DNA of 64,000 nucleotides, from positions 157 through 64,156 of the forward strand of contig JBEWQA010000004.1 in NCBI GenBank assembly GCA_047689515.1, written 5' to 3'. The translations under genes and the position numbers were made by a program. The notes under the pieces were generated by a model. The model saw only the letters and a list, made by a program, of their open reading frames with translations, made no database searches and was not told the DNA's origin. Source of the DNA: Candidatus Sulfurimonas kebritensis (lineage in GTDB: Bacteria > Campylobacterota > Campylobacteria > Campylobacterales > Sulfurimonadaceae). Shown here piece by piece: positions 37,523-48,070 of this stretch (the stretch's first letter is position 1; each line of letters opens with the position of its first letter).

Positions 37523-38476
37523 ATGAAGTTAAGTGAAATTGCAGAGATAATCGGTGCTGAGTTTAGCGGAGCAGATTGCGAAATCAGCTCTATGAACACT
37601 TTAAAAGATGCATCTGAGAGTGAACTCTCTTTTATCGCAAACCGTAAGTATGTTAAAGATATGGCGGACTCGAAAGCCGCTGCCATTATCGTTGATGAGA
37701 AAACAAAAGAGTTTGTACCCGATGGTTCTGCCGCTTTAGTAGTGGAAGATACTTACTGGCAAATGGCAGTGCTTACAAAATATTTCGCTCCCCCTGTAGA
37801 GGATAAAGATGCTTTTGAGGCAGATGTCGGAGAGGGTTCTGATGTCGCTTTTGAAGCGGAACTCGCAGACGGTGCTACCGTTGGTGAGAATTGTATCATT
37901 ATGGCGGGTGCCTATATCGGTTCAGGCGTTGAGATCGGAGACAATACGATCATCTATCCAAATGTTGTGATCTACAGAGATTGTAAAATAGGAAGCAACT
38001 GTATCATCCATGCAGGGACAGTGATCGGAAGTGACGGTTTCGGTTTTGCTTCAAACAAACTGGGACAGCATAAAAAGATCTACCATATCGGAAATGTAGA
38101 GATCGAAGATGATGTAGAGATCGGTGCGAATGTAACGGTTGACAGAGCTGTTTTTGGTTCAACGAGAATCAAAAAAGGTGCACGTCTTGATAACCTTATC
38201 CAAGTAGCACACAACTGCGAAATAGGTGAGGGGAGTGTTTTTGCCGCTCAAACAGGTATGGCAGGATCGTCAATCATCGGGCGCAACAATGTTTTCGGTG
38301 CGCAAAGCGGTGTGGCAGGGCATTTAAGTACGGGAGACTTTAACACTTTTGCCGCAAGAAGCGGTGTGACAAAAACGATTTCAGACAGCGGTAAAACTTT
38401 TGCAGGTTTCCCGCTTATGGATCATAAACTCTGGTTAAAACTCCAAGGTCTGCTTTCCCGTTTACTAAAAAAGTAA
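37523..38476 (+). CDS. lpxD: UDP-3-O-acylglucosamine N-acyltransferase
   Basis: N-terminal LpxD domain plus left-handed beta-helix hexapeptide repeats. Confidence 0.9.
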   Translation: MKLSEIAEIIGAEFSGADCEISSMNTLKDASESELSFIANRKYVKDMADSKAAAIIVDEKTKEFVPDGSAALVVEDTYWQMAVLTKYFAPPVEDKDAFEADVGEGSDVAFEAELADGATVGENCIIMAGAYIGSGVEIGDNTIIYPNVVIYRDCKIGSNCIIHAGTVIGSDGFGFASNKLGQHKKIYHIGNVEIEDDVEIGANVTVDRAVFGSTRIKKGARLDNLIQVAHNCEIGEGSVFAAQTGMAGSSIIGRNNVFGAQSGVAGHLSTGDFNTFAARSGVTKTISDSGKTFAGFPLMDHKLWLKLQGLLSRLLKK

Positions 38477-38525
38477 ATAGATTCTAGGGTAAACTAATTT
38501 ACATAAGTAATTTAGGAGGTGTAAT

Positions 38526-38729
38526 ATGTCTATAACTATCCCTTTAAGCGGAACAACTAAAGGTGTTATCTCAGTAACAAAGATCGAAGAACCTTATGGT
38601 CCAAACACTGCAAGTGTTGCCAGTGTCGGTATCTCACTAGACGGCAATACTGAAAATCCGGAGTGGAAAGTACATATTCCAATAGATAATATCGATGAAG
38701 TGGTGACAGCTCTGCAAAAGTTAAAGTAA
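38526..38729 (+). CDS. Small hypothetical protein (67 aa)
   Basis: Strong RBS TAGGAGGT 6 nt upstream of the ATG. No recognisable motif. The stop abuts the start of the downstream permease. Confidence 0.5.
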   Translation: MSITIPLSGTTKGVISVTKIEEPYGPNTASVASVGISLDGNTENPEWKVHIPIDNIDEVVTALQKLK

Positions 38730-40022
38730 TTGATACACAGAAAGAGAGGTAAGAATCTCTCACTTTTAGAGCTTATCGCCATAGCACTCGGCGGTATGGT
38801 TGGAGGTGGGATATTCACAATACTTGGGATATCTGTTTCTCTCATTGGTGCTTATACCCCGATAGCTATTATTTTTGGCGGTATTTTTGCCCTCTTTTCT
38901 GCATATTCGTATGTTAAACTTGGTCTTTACTATAAAGATGAAGGTGCTGCATACTCTTTTTTGAAAAACACTTTTTCCTCTTCACCATTTATAGCATCCC
39001 TTATAGGCTGGTGGGTTGTCTTTGGTTATATCTCAACACTCTCTTTATATGCATATACATTCTCATCGTACGCTATCAGCGGATTTGAATTTGGAAACGA
39101 TGAAGTGATTAGAAAAGTGGTCGCGATGCTGGTGATAACTCTTTTTTCATTGGTAAATATATGGAGTGTAAAAGGGATGGGGAAAATTGAAGACCTTATG
39201 GTTTATACAAAACTTATCATACTCGTAGTGATCTCTTTTACACTTATAAACCATTCGAGCATCTCTTTGCCGACGTTGTTAGAGGATTCTCAAAATACAA
39301 CACTTTTTTCAATATTGATCGTCTCATCCATAACTTTTGTCGCGTATGAGGGATTTGAACTGGTGATCAATGCCGTTAAGGAGATGGAAAACCCGCAAAA
39401 AAACATACCAAGAGCAATTTATAGTGCTATTATGCTTGCAGTACTTATCTATGTGGTTATATCTGCAGGTGCCATTTTTGCAATCCCTTTTAAAGATATC
39501 ATCGCAAATCAAGAGTATGCATTAGCCGCCGGTGCTGACAACATTTTGGGACACATTGGCTCAGAAGTGGTTATCTTGGGAGCAGTGTTAGCGACAAGCA
39601 GTGCTATAAGCGGGACACTCTTCGGTGCTTCAAGACAGATGGCCGTGATCTCGGATGATGGTTACTTCCCTTCATTTTTATCAAAACGGAAAAACTCGAT
39701 TCCTATTTATGCCATTATCACTATGTCCTTTTTTGCATTTTTATTGATCCTGGTGGGTAACTTAGAGGTTATCTTAGAGTTTGGAAGTATTACGTTTTTG
39801 TTGGTCTCGATTTTAATGGCGTATGCCAACTTTAAAATAAGAGAAAAAACAGGGGCAAGCGCTCTTATCACTTTAATAGCATTAGTGAGTTTATCACTCG
39901 GTACTCTGTTAATATTTTATTATGAATACACTACTGAGGTGGAGCAGATATACTTTATAGGATTACTCTATATTCTCTTGAGTCTTTCTGCGTTTTTGTA
40001 TTCAAAATTTGAAAAAAATTAA
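38730..40022 (+). CDS. APC-family amino acid permease
   Basis: About 12 TM helices. N-terminal LLELIAIALGGMVGGGIF motif typical of APC transporters. TTG start. Confidence 0.8.
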   Translation: MIHRKRGKNLSLLELIAIALGGMVGGGIFTILGISVSLIGAYTPIAIIFGGIFALFSAYSYVKLGLYYKDEGAAYSFLKNTFSSSPFIASLIGWWVVFGYISTLSLYAYTFSSYAISGFEFGNDEVIRKVVAMLVITLFSLVNIWSVKGMGKIEDLMVYTKLIILVVISFTLINHSSISLPTLLEDSQNTTLFSILIVSSITFVAYEGFELVINAVKEMENPQKNIPRAIYSAIMLAVLIYVVISAGAIFAIPFKDIIANQEYALAAGADNILGHIGSEVVILGAVLATSSAISGTLFGASRQMAVISDDGYFPSFLSKRKNSIPIYAIITMSFFAFLLILVGNLEVILEFGSITFLLVSILMAYANFKIREKTGASALITLIALVSLSLGTLLIFYYEYTTEVEQIYFIGLLYILLSLSAFLYSKFEKN

Positions 40023-40046
40023 ATCCAAATATGTTATACTCATTTC

Positions 40047-40934
40047 ATGTTAAAAAATATACTGATCACAAGCCTATTATGCCTTTTTGTTTCACCTCTG
40101 TTTGCTGTTTCGTCTGAGAGTGCAAAAGCACCTGAGCAGATAAAACAACTCGATAAACCCCTTTATACACCCTTTGTTGAAAACTATATTCTCAACGAGA
40201 TCAAAACGCTAAGAGACGAGAATAGAAAACTGCGTGTAGATATGCATGAAACATTCACGAAAAAAGAGTTAAGTGTCTCAGATAAAGCGATAGAATATGC
40301 TACATCTACTATCAACAATATGTTTTATATTATCGCTGCAGCAACTTCAATTTTAGTATTTTTAGGGTGGAACTCTTTTCGGGATATCAATGAACGTATC
40401 CGTTTAACTGTCGATGAACGGATCAGTAAAGTGATCGATGAAAATGAGCAAAGGATGCAGTTAGTTGAAGAGGATCTGGAAAAACGATCGCATCAAGTGC
40501 TTAACAACCAGGCGGAGATTGCTAAAACAAATACCATCCACTCACTTTGGATGCGTGCAGGACTAGAGCAAACGCCGCATGGAAGAATAGAGATCTATGA
40601 TGAGATTTTAAAGATCAGACCACAGGATCCCGAAGCTATCAGTTATAAAGCTGATGCAGCACTTGACATGGGAGAAGCAAATTGGGCTCTGAGTCTTTCA
40701 AATCAGTCTATAGCCATCGATCCCGAATATCCAAATGCTTATTATCAAAGAGCCTGCGCATATTCGGCTTTAAAACTCTCAGATAATGCTATCGATGATC
40801 TTGAAAAAGCGTTGGAACTCAATGAGAACTATACCGATGAGATATTAAATGAAAAAGAGTTTGTAGAATTACATGAGAACGAGCGCTTTCAAAAGCTTTT
40901 AAACAGGTACCAAACTGAAAACCATGAATCTTAG
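40047..40934 (+). CDS. TPR-repeat protein with a signal peptide and an internal TM helix
   Basis: Signal peptide. TM helix MFYIIAAATSILVFLGW. C-terminal TPR-like repeats (NAYYQRACAYSALKLSDNAIDDLEKALELN). Confidence 0.6.
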   Translation: MLKNILITSLLCLFVSPLFAVSSESAKAPEQIKQLDKPLYTPFVENYILNEIKTLRDENRKLRVDMHETFTKKELSVSDKAIEYATSTINNMFYIIAAATSILVFLGWNSFRDINERIRLTVDERISKVIDENEQRMQLVEEDLEKRSHQVLNNQAEIAKTNTIHSLWMRAGLEQTPHGRIEIYDEILKIRPQDPEAISYKADAALDMGEANWALSLSNQSIAIDPEYPNAYYQRACAYSALKLSDNAIDDLEKALELNENYTDEILNEKEFVELHENERFQKLLNRYQTENHES

Positions 40935-41319
40935 TATAAACTCCGAAGATATCAGCCAAATCGCAATCGGTGCATTTGCTTTGGCAGTGCCTATCTCATT
41001 TTCCGAAGAGGCATGGAGGCTAGGGGAGACGCTGCCGATAGCTAATCTAGTGATAGTGTTTTTGCTCTCGATTTCATTTTTGGGTATTTATGCTTATTAC
41101 AGTGTATTTCAGGGAATGGTTTCAAACCGTTTACATATCTTTGTGTTGAGAATTTTTATCGCTTACTTTATAGCAGCATTGGTTGTTGCTTTAGTATTAT
41201 TGGCTTTAAATAAGTTTCCGTGTATCGATGAGCCGCTTATAGCTTTAAAGAGGATAATCTTGATCACGATGCCCGCATCGATGGGGGCTATTGTAGTAGA
41301 TAGTTTTGATAAGGAGTAA
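40924..41319 (+). CDS. Small integral membrane protein (DUF2391-like)
   Basis: Four hydrophobic helices. 11-nt overlap with the upstream TPR gene. The family name is tentative. Confidence 0.4.
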   Translation: MNLSINSEDISQIAIGAFALAVPISFSEEAWRLGETLPIANLVIVFLLSISFLGIYAYYSVFQGMVSNRLHIFVLRIFIAYFIAALVVALVLLALNKFPCIDEPLIALKRIILITMPASMGAIVVDSFDKE

Positions 41320-41331
41320 AGAGTTAAAAGC

Positions 41332-42501
41332 TTACGCTTTTAGCTCTTGGACATACTCTTCAATTCTTTTGATACCGTCTCTGATAGAGTTGATATCGGT
41401 TGCAAAAGAGAATCTAAAATACCCCTCGCTACCGAAACCTACACCTGGAACTACCGCTACATTTTTCTTCGCTAAAAGATCTTTTGCAAATGTAAGGGAG
41501 TCGTTGCTGACCTCTTTGATATTTACAAACAGGTAAAAAGCACCGTCAGGTTGTAAAACACTTAAACCGTCCACGTCGTTAAACAGTTTTACCGCTTCCC
41601 CGCGGCGTGCTGCAAACTCTTTTCTCATCATTTCGATATCTTTATCGGCTGAACCGTCAAGTCCTTTGATAGCTGCCATCTGTGTTACAGATGAGATGTT
41701 TGACGTACTTTGAGATTGGAGTTTTTTGGTCGCTTTGATAAGCTCTGTATCATTTGCTGCCATATACCCAAAACGCCATCCCGTCATCGCAACCGACTTT
41801 GAAAGACCGTTGATTGTAATAGTACGTTTAAACATATCTTCACTGATACTTGCAGCCGACGTAAACTCTCCGTCATAGACAAGTTTCTCATACATCTCAT
41901 CAGATGCAACCAAGATATCAGTCCCCTTTAACACTTCTGCTAAAGCTTCAAGTTCTGCTTTTGAGTAAACTGCACCTGTCGGATTTGAAGGTGTAGTTAA
42001 AATAAGCATCTTTGTTTTGTCTGTGATAGCATTTTTAAGCTGCTCGGGAGTGATCTTAAATCCTGTAGTATCTTGCGTTTCAATCTCTACAACATTTCCG
42101 CCGCAGTATTTTACAAGCTCAGGATAGGTTACCCAGTACGGAGCAGGAATAATCACTTCATCACCATCTTCGATAGTTGCCGAGAAGAGGTTAAAAAGTG
42201 AATGTTTCGCACCGTTGTTTACGATCACTTGGTTTGGTGCATAACTTAAATTGTTATCTCTTTTTAGCTTTTCGATAACTGCATTTTTAAGTGCAGGGAT
42301 ACCGTCAACAGCCGTATACTTGGTAAAACCGTTTTGGATAGCTTCAATAGCTGCGTCTTTGATCACTTGCGGCGTGTCAAAGTCCGGTTCCCCTGCGGAA
42401 AAACTAAGTATATCTTTCCCTTCGGCTTTTAGCTCTTGGGCTAGTGCCGTTATTGCCATAGTTATAGATTCAGATAGTGTGTTTATGCGATTTGTCAGCA
42501 T
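41332..42501 (-). CDS. Aspartate aminotransferase-family PLP enzyme
   Basis: SKSVAMTGWRFGY (PLP lysine). Colinear with class I aminotransferases. Occupies the position of aspB in the C. jejuni-like gene run. Confidence 0.88.
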   Translation of the reverse strand: MLTNRINTLSESITMAITALAQELKAEGKDILSFSAGEPDFDTPQVIKDAAIEAIQNGFTKYTAVDGIPALKNAVIEKLKRDNNLSYAPNQVIVNNGAKHSLFNLFSATIEDGDEVIIPAPYWVTYPELVKYCGGNVVEIETQDTTGFKITPEQLKNAITDKTKMLILTTPSNPTGAVYSKAELEALAEVLKGTDILVASDEMYEKLVYDGEFTSAASISEDMFKRTITINGLSKSVAMTGWRFGYMAANDTELIKATKKLQSQSTSNISSVTQMAAIKGLDGSADKDIEMMRKEFAARRGEAVKLFNDVDGLSVLQPDGAFYLFVNIKEVSNDSLTFAKDLLAKKNVAVVPGVGFGSEGYFRFSFATDINSIRDGIKRIEEYVQELKA

Positions 42502-42594
42502 TACAACCCTTTAGGTGAAAATGATCTGCAATTATACAAAGAATATCCTTAATTAGGAGTTCTTTTTTGAAGAATTTTAGAGTAAAAAATTTGT

Positions 42595-42609
42595 AAATAA
42601 TAATTATTT
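42595..42609. promoter_or_regulatory. Candidate Fur/PerR-family operator (perfect 7-1-7 inverted repeat AAATAAT-A-ATTATTT)
   Basis: Read directly from the sequence. The core AATAATnATTATT matches my recollection of the TAATAATnATTATTA box described for H. pylori Fur. It lies ~70 nt upstream of the ferritin-like gene and overlaps a plausible -35 for TATAGT at 42630-42635. Confidence 0.4.
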
Positions 42610-42677
42610 TCCTTTAAGTGGAATTGATCTATAGTTTTTATAGTTCATATACAACTTAAATACAAAAAGGAGAAGTT

Positions 42678-43193
42678 ATGGCTGTTCGTGGAAATTCAAT
42701 TATTAAAGGTGTAGAGATCGATGAAGTGGTTAAACTACTCAATAAGGCATACGCAGATGAGTGGCTTGCTTACTACCAGTACTTTGTAGAGTCGAAAGTT
42801 GTTAAAGGGATCATGAAAGATGCAGCGATAGCAGAACTTGATCAGCATGCAGCAGATGAGCTTCGCCATGCAAATATGTTGGCTGACCGTATACTGCAAC
42901 TTGGTGGAACACCGCTTTTAAGCCCAAAAGAGTGGTTTACTCATACAAACTGCGGTTATGAAACACCAAATAATTTTGATGTAGTGGCAGTATTAGACGA
43001 TGCAATCAAAGGGGAGCAGTGTGCTATCAGTACCTATTCAGATATTGCCGATCTTGTCAAAGACAAAGATATTATCACTTACAATATGGTCAATGAGATC
43101 TTAGCAGATGAAGTGGAGCATGAAGAGGATCTTCAAGCCTTGCACGATGATATCGCTGATTTTATAGAGAGTATAAAGTCAAATATGAATTAA
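42678..43193 (+). CDS. Ferritin-like di-iron protein (bacterioferritin/Dps-like, DPSL-type)
   Basis: Four-helix di-iron ligands: EWLAYYQY, ADELRHANML, and EVEHEED at the C-terminus. Confidence 0.65.
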   Translation: MAVRGNSIIKGVEIDEVVKLLNKAYADEWLAYYQYFVESKVVKGIMKDAAIAELDQHAADELRHANMLADRILQLGGTPLLSPKEWFTHTNCGYETPNNFDVVAVLDDAIKGEQCAISTYSDIADLVKDKDIITYNMVNEILADEVEHEEDLQALHDDIADFIESIKSNMN

Positions 43194-43891
43194 CTTTTCA
43201 TCGAGTTGATGAAAGATTCGTAGATATGTTCAAGTTCAAGGTCTTGATCGAGTACCTCTTTGTTATCTTTTACCAAGACATGTTCTAAAATAGCGACACG
43301 CTTGAGGAGGTACTCAAACATCTCTTTGTTGATATCAGGAAGCATATTGTGCATAAACGGATCTTTACATCTTCCTTTCTCAATTACATGAGCAGGGATA
43401 CCGATAGCAGTTGAGCAAGCAGGGACCTCTTTTACAACGACTGAATTTGCACCGATTTTTGCATCACGTCCAATTTCGATGTTTCCAAGTACTTTGGCTC
43501 CTGCACCGATAACTACGCCGCTTCTGATAGTAGGGTGGCGTTTGCCTTGTGTAAGTGAAACCCCTCCGAGTGTCACACCCTGATAGATCAATACATCATC
43601 TTCAATCACAGTAGTTTGACCTATCACTACACCTGTCCCGTGATCGATGAAGACGCGGCGGCCGATCTGTGCACCGGGGTGGATATCTATATTTGTCATA
43701 AGTTGTGCAAAGCCCATTAAAAAACGAGCCGTTCTTTTAAAGTTTGCATCGTAAAGTTTATGTGCTATTCTATACCATGCTACAGCCCAAACACCGGGGT
43801 AATTAAATAAGAATTCGACCCATGAACTCAGTGCTGGATCATTTTTGTATGCATTTGCAAAGTCTTCTTTAATTAGTGCGAAAATACCCAT
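43190..43891 (-). CDS. cysE: Serine O-acetyltransferase
   Basis: SATase N-terminal domain plus hexapeptide repeats (IHPGAQIGRRVFIDHGTGVVIG). Confidence 0.9.
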   Translation of the reverse strand: MGIFALIKEDFANAYKNDPALSSWVEFLFNYPGVWAVAWYRIAHKLYDANFKRTARFLMGFAQLMTNIDIHPGAQIGRRVFIDHGTGVVIGQTTVIEDDVLIYQGVTLGGVSLTQGKRHPTIRSGVVIGAGAKVLGNIEIGRDAKIGANSVVVKEVPACSTAIGIPAHVIEKGRCKDPFMHNMLPDINKEMFEYLLKRVAILEHVLVKDNKEVLDQDLELEHIYESFINSMKS

Positions 43892-43899
43892 AAATTACC

Positions 43900-45726
43900 T
43901 TAATATGTTGTTCTTAAATAACCATTTTGCTCGAGATATGTCTCAAGCTTTGAAAGTGTATCAAGTTTTTCTTTTTCTGTGATAAAACTGCTGTTTTTTA
44001 GATCACCTTTAAGCTTATTTAAAATCTTTTCTCTCGAATAACCGATGTCGCTGAGCACTTCAAGAATGTTTTTTGACTCTTTTTGATGTGTGATCTCATA
44101 GCCGTTATCATCCACTTTGATAGTGTATTCGTTTGGATGGACAAAGAGGTTATGCTGCATACCGAGTGTCTCTTGATATGCCCCCACATTGAAAAAAGCC
44201 AAAAAGTAATCCTCTTCGTCTATATTGATATCGTGCAGGTAAAGAGGTTTTTCGGGATTAAATTCGATCTCTCCGTCACTATCGCAGGTGATATCCCAAA
44301 GTGAAGCTGCCCGAAGCGGTGTTGTATTGAGATGGTGGATCGGCATCACCGGAAAGTGTTGTCCAAGTCCCCAATAATCGGGAAGCGATTGGAAAATGGA
44401 AGCATTGATCAAGTAGCGTTCCTGAAGCTGGCTTTGGAGTTGTTCCAGCTCATTCGTAGGATTGGAAGACTTAAGGTAGAGCGCTTTTTTGATGATATTG
44501 TGTACCAAGATTTCAGCATTTGACCTGTCTTCGAGATCGATGTAGCCCAGATCGAAAAGGGTAAAGAGTGATTCCATATGATCGAGTGCATCGTGAAGGT
44601 ATTCTATACAGTTGCCGTTGTTTAAAAGCTTATTGAGATCTCGTAGCTCCTCAACAAGAGGCGGGTTTATATCTTTAAAATTGAGGGATTTCTCTTGATA
44701 GTCCTGGGAGAAAAGCTCTAAAACGGGTGTAATAAGTACAGCATGGGAAGCTACGACAAAACGTCCCGACTCCGTAAATATATCGGGGTGTTCAACCCCT
44801 TTGGCATCCATAATCTCTCCAAGCAAAAACACAACGGAGCTTGAGAACTCATCAATAGAGTAGTTTCTTGCAAGCGATTCATGCTGATCATACTCTACCG
44901 CTAAACCGCCGCCGATATTGATATTTTTGAGTGCAGTCGCTCCCATCATTTTCAGTTGGGCATAGATATTGCCCGCTTCACGAAGCGCTTTTTTGATCGG
45001 AGCGATATCCGACATTTGTGAGCCGATATGAAAATGGATCATACTGAGGTTTTCTAAAAGCTCCGATTCTTTAAGTAGTTTGATTGCTTCAAGGATCTCG
45101 GTTGATGTGAGACCGAATTTTGAATCCATACCGCCGCTTTTTGCCCATATACCACTGCCGGCACTGTGAAGTCTAACTCGAATTCCGATATTTGGAATCT
45201 TGAGTGTTGATTTTTTTGCTACGGCTATGATCGTCTCGAGTTCATTGAGCCCTTCGATCGTGATCGTGATATTGTGGCCGCTTTGTGCGGCGATAAATCC
45301 AAGGGTGATCATCTCCTCATCTTTAAAGCCGTTTACGGTGATGTTTGCCTCTTTGGGTGTCTTCGCCATCGCGAGTATCAGTTCTGCTTTGCTTCCCGCT
45401 TCAAGTCCGTAGTTATATTTTTTTCCCTGAGTAGTGACAGATTCTACGGTTGCGGGGAACTGATTTACTTTGAGGGGGAAAACGGCTTGAAACTTCCCTT
45501 GGTAGTTGTTCTCTTCTATAGCTTTTTCAAAGTAGTTATAGAGGGTGACGATCTGCTTTTTTATAAGGTGTGGAAATCGCAGGAGGAGGGGGCCTCTGAT
45601 ATTGTCGGAGCGTATATCTGTTACGATCTTATAGAGTGAGGGCATCGACTTGTAGTTAAGTTTGATCTCTCCGTTTTCTATTAGAAAGTTTTTGTTTGCC
45701 CAGCGCTCAATACCAAAGTGTTTCAA
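43900..45726 (-). CDS. speA: Biosynthetic arginine decarboxylase
   Basis: 608 aa. PLP motif FPLKVNQ and GGGLAVEYD. Gene order cysE-speA-hisS. Confidence 0.9.
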   Translation of the reverse strand: MKHFGIERWANKNFLIENGEIKLNYKSMPSLYKIVTDIRSDNIRGPLLLRFPHLIKKQIVTLYNYFEKAIEENNYQGKFQAVFPLKVNQFPATVESVTTQGKKYNYGLEAGSKAELILAMAKTPKEANITVNGFKDEEMITLGFIAAQSGHNITITIEGLNELETIIAVAKKSTLKIPNIGIRVRLHSAGSGIWAKSGGMDSKFGLTSTEILEAIKLLKESELLENLSMIHFHIGSQMSDIAPIKKALREAGNIYAQLKMMGATALKNINIGGGLAVEYDQHESLARNYSIDEFSSSVVFLLGEIMDAKGVEHPDIFTESGRFVVASHAVLITPVLELFSQDYQEKSLNFKDINPPLVEELRDLNKLLNNGNCIEYLHDALDHMESLFTLFDLGYIDLEDRSNAEILVHNIIKKALYLKSSNPTNELEQLQSQLQERYLINASIFQSLPDYWGLGQHFPVMPIHHLNTTPLRAASLWDITCDSDGEIEFNPEKPLYLHDINIDEEDYFLAFFNVGAYQETLGMQHNLFVHPNEYTIKVDDNGYEITHQKESKNILEVLSDIGYSREKILNKLKGDLKNSSFITEKEKLDTLSKLETYLEQNGYLRTTY

Positions 45727-45727
45727 G

Positions 45728-46942
45728 TCAAAAATCCTCTAGTTTGACCATCTCTTCTGTTTTTGCTTCGAGGTCTTTGACCCAAACAGTGTTGTTTTCC
45801 AACTCATTCGTACCGATGACGCAGCAGTATCTGGCATTGACTTTATCGGCACCTTTGAGGTGATTTTTGAGATTTTTTCTTTTGTATTCGCAAGTGACTT
45901 TTTCGCTTGAGCGTTTTTTGTGCGTGAGTTCAAGCACAAGAGGCAGTGCCTCATCATCCATAGCACCCATATAGTAGCCCTCACGTTTATTCTCAGGCAT
46001 CTCGATAAGCTCTAAAAGTCTTTCGATCCCCATCGCAAAACCTACGGCAGGAGTTTCACGACCGTCTAAAAACTCTACAAGTCTGTCGTATCTTCCACCT
46101 CCTGCGATAGCGCTTTGGCTACCGATATTGTCACTGACAAACTCAAAAGCGGTTTTTGAGTAGTAGTCAAGCCCGCGAACAAGGTTTGTGTCGATCTCAT
46201 ACTCGATTCCACTGTCATCTAGGATCTTTTTGAGCTCTGTAAAGTCACTTTCACACTCTTGGCATAAACATTCTATCAGTTTTGGTGCATTTATGTAGAG
46301 CTCTTGACACGTCCCGTTTTTACAATCAAGTACACGGATAGGGTTTGTTGATTTTCTTCTTTTGCAATCATCACAGATCTGATCCTCGACACTCTCGATA
46401 AACTTGACAAGATCGTCGCGGTATTGCGGCATACAGTTATGATCACCCAAAGAGTTGAGTTGGAGTCTATAACCGATTCCAAGTTCTTTAAGGATATCAC
46501 TGATCATCATGATCATAGTAGCATCTTCATAAACAGATGCAACCCCGAAACTCTCACAACCAAACTGGTGAAACTGTCTCAGTCTCCCTTTTTGCGGTCT
46601 CTCGTAACGAAACATCGGGCCATGATAGAAGTATCTGTGGATCCCGCCTGCACGATCAAGTTTGTTTTGAATAAATGCACGGACAACGCCTGCAGTACCT
46701 TCAGGGCGCATACATACGTCGTTATCCCCTTTGTCCGTAAACTGATACATCTCTTTACCGACGATATCGCTTGATTCTCCTACCGAACGCTTAAAAAGAG
46801 CAGTCTCTTCCAGTATAGGTGTTTCGATAAAATGAAATCCGTAACGCTCGGCGACTTGCGTTGCGGTCTTTATGAAGTGTGTATATCTTCTGTAATCATC
46901 ATCATTTAAAATATCATTCATTCCACGAAGAGATTTAATCAT
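45728..46942 (-). CDS. hisS: Histidine--tRNA ligase
   Basis: Class II motifs (GMNDIL, RYERPQKGRLRQFHQ, GGGRYD). Confidence 0.95.
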   Translation of the reverse strand: MIKSLRGMNDILNDDDYRRYTHFIKTATQVAERYGFHFIETPILEETALFKRSVGESSDIVGKEMYQFTDKGDNDVCMRPEGTAGVVRAFIQNKLDRAGGIHRYFYHGPMFRYERPQKGRLRQFHQFGCESFGVASVYEDATMIMMISDILKELGIGYRLQLNSLGDHNCMPQYRDDLVKFIESVEDQICDDCKRRKSTNPIRVLDCKNGTCQELYINAPKLIECLCQECESDFTELKKILDDSGIEYEIDTNLVRGLDYYSKTAFEFVSDNIGSQSAIAGGGRYDRLVEFLDGRETPAVGFAMGIERLLELIEMPENKREGYYMGAMDDEALPLVLELTHKKRSSEKVTCEYKRKNLKNHLKGADKVNARYCCVIGTNELENNTVWVKDLEAKTEEMVKLEDF

Positions 46943-47012
46943 TTTCTGCCTTGCTTATTGGTATTTTTAAAAGTATGAAAGGATACCATTTTTATCTTTA
47001 TAAAATGTTTTA

Positions 47013-47591
47013 TTATTTATTGATATTAGTTAATATCTCTTCTGTAATACTCTCTATACTCTGTGTCGCATCTATTACTACAAGCTCGATTTGCAGGAGC
47101 TTGGCAGCTTTTACGATCGCTTTTTGTATCTCTAAAAGGTACTCGCTGCCGCGCAGTTCGATCCCATCAAGCTCTTTTTGAGAGAGTCGGTATTCGAGTT
47201 CCTCTTTTGTGAGTTTGAGTAAAAAAACTTTTTGGGGGTATGTATTGTTGGTTGCAAAGTTGTTCAGGTGTACCAGTTCCTCTTCGGCAATTTCACCGTG
47301 GATAAGTGCGTACGCCACTCCGCTGATGGCACTGCGATCGGAGATGATCATCTTACTCTTTATATTTGGCTCGATCACCTCTTTGCAATGCTCGGCCCGA
47401 TCGGCTAAGAAGAGGAGAAACTCCGCTTTTTTACTCTGAGCACGTGCAGAGAGGACAAGCTCTCTGATCTCGTGACCAAGCGGGGTAGCACCCGGTTCTT
47501 TTGTGATGATTGCATCAGGATAGGCTGATCTGAGGGCATCTATCTGGGTGCTTTTTCCTGCAGTGTCGATCCCCTCTATTGCAATGTACAT
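47013..47591 (-). CDS. tmk: dTMP kinase
   Basis: MYIAIEGIDTAGKSTQ P-loop. Confidence 0.9.
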   Translation of the reverse strand: MYIAIEGIDTAGKSTQIDALRSAYPDAIITKEPGATPLGHEIRELVLSARAQSKKAEFLLFLADRAEHCKEVIEPNIKSKMIISDRSAISGVAYALIHGEIAEEELVHLNNFATNNTYPQKVFLLKLTKEELEYRLSQKELDGIELRGSEYLLEIQKAIVKAAKLLQIELVVIDATQSIESITEEILTNINK

Positions 47592-48067
47592 GAGTTCATA
47601 CCTCTAATGATGCTTTGTACCTGAGATGGTAAAAGGTGATCGGTTTTTCCGTTGAATTTTAAAAGGTTTCGCACGATGGATGAGCTTACAAAAGCGTGAC
47701 TCAGTTTTGGCATCAGGTATACCGTCTCGATCGTATCATCAAGAGAGTTGTTAAGGTAACCGAGTTGGAGCTCGTACTCAAAATCGCTTACCGCACGCAA
47801 TCCCCGTATAAGTACCTTGGCATTGTGTTGGTTAGCAAGGTCAACGGTTAAGTTGTCAAAACCTATAACTTTTACACCCTCTATATGAGCCGTAGCAGCC
47901 TCAGCCATCTCTATACGCTCCTCTAAAGTAAACATCGGTTTTTTATCCACTGAAACTGCAACGGCTATAACAACTTCGTCAAACAAGTTTTTAGCGCGTT
48001 CGATAATGTCAAAATGTCCGTTTGTTATAGGATCGAATGTCCCCGGATAGAGTGCAATTTTATTCAT
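47576..48067 (-). CDS. coaD: Pantetheine-phosphate adenylyltransferase
   Basis: YPGTFDPITNGHFDII motif. Confidence 0.93.
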   Translation of the reverse strand: MNKIALYPGTFDPITNGHFDIIERAKNLFDEVVIAVAVSVDKKPMFTLEERIEMAEAATAHIEGVKVIGFDNLTVDLANQHNAKVLIRGLRAVSDFEYELQLGYLNNSLDDTIETVYLMPKLSHAFVSSSIVRNLLKFNGKTDHLLPSQVQSIIRGMNSCTLQ

Positions 48068-48070
48068 ATA

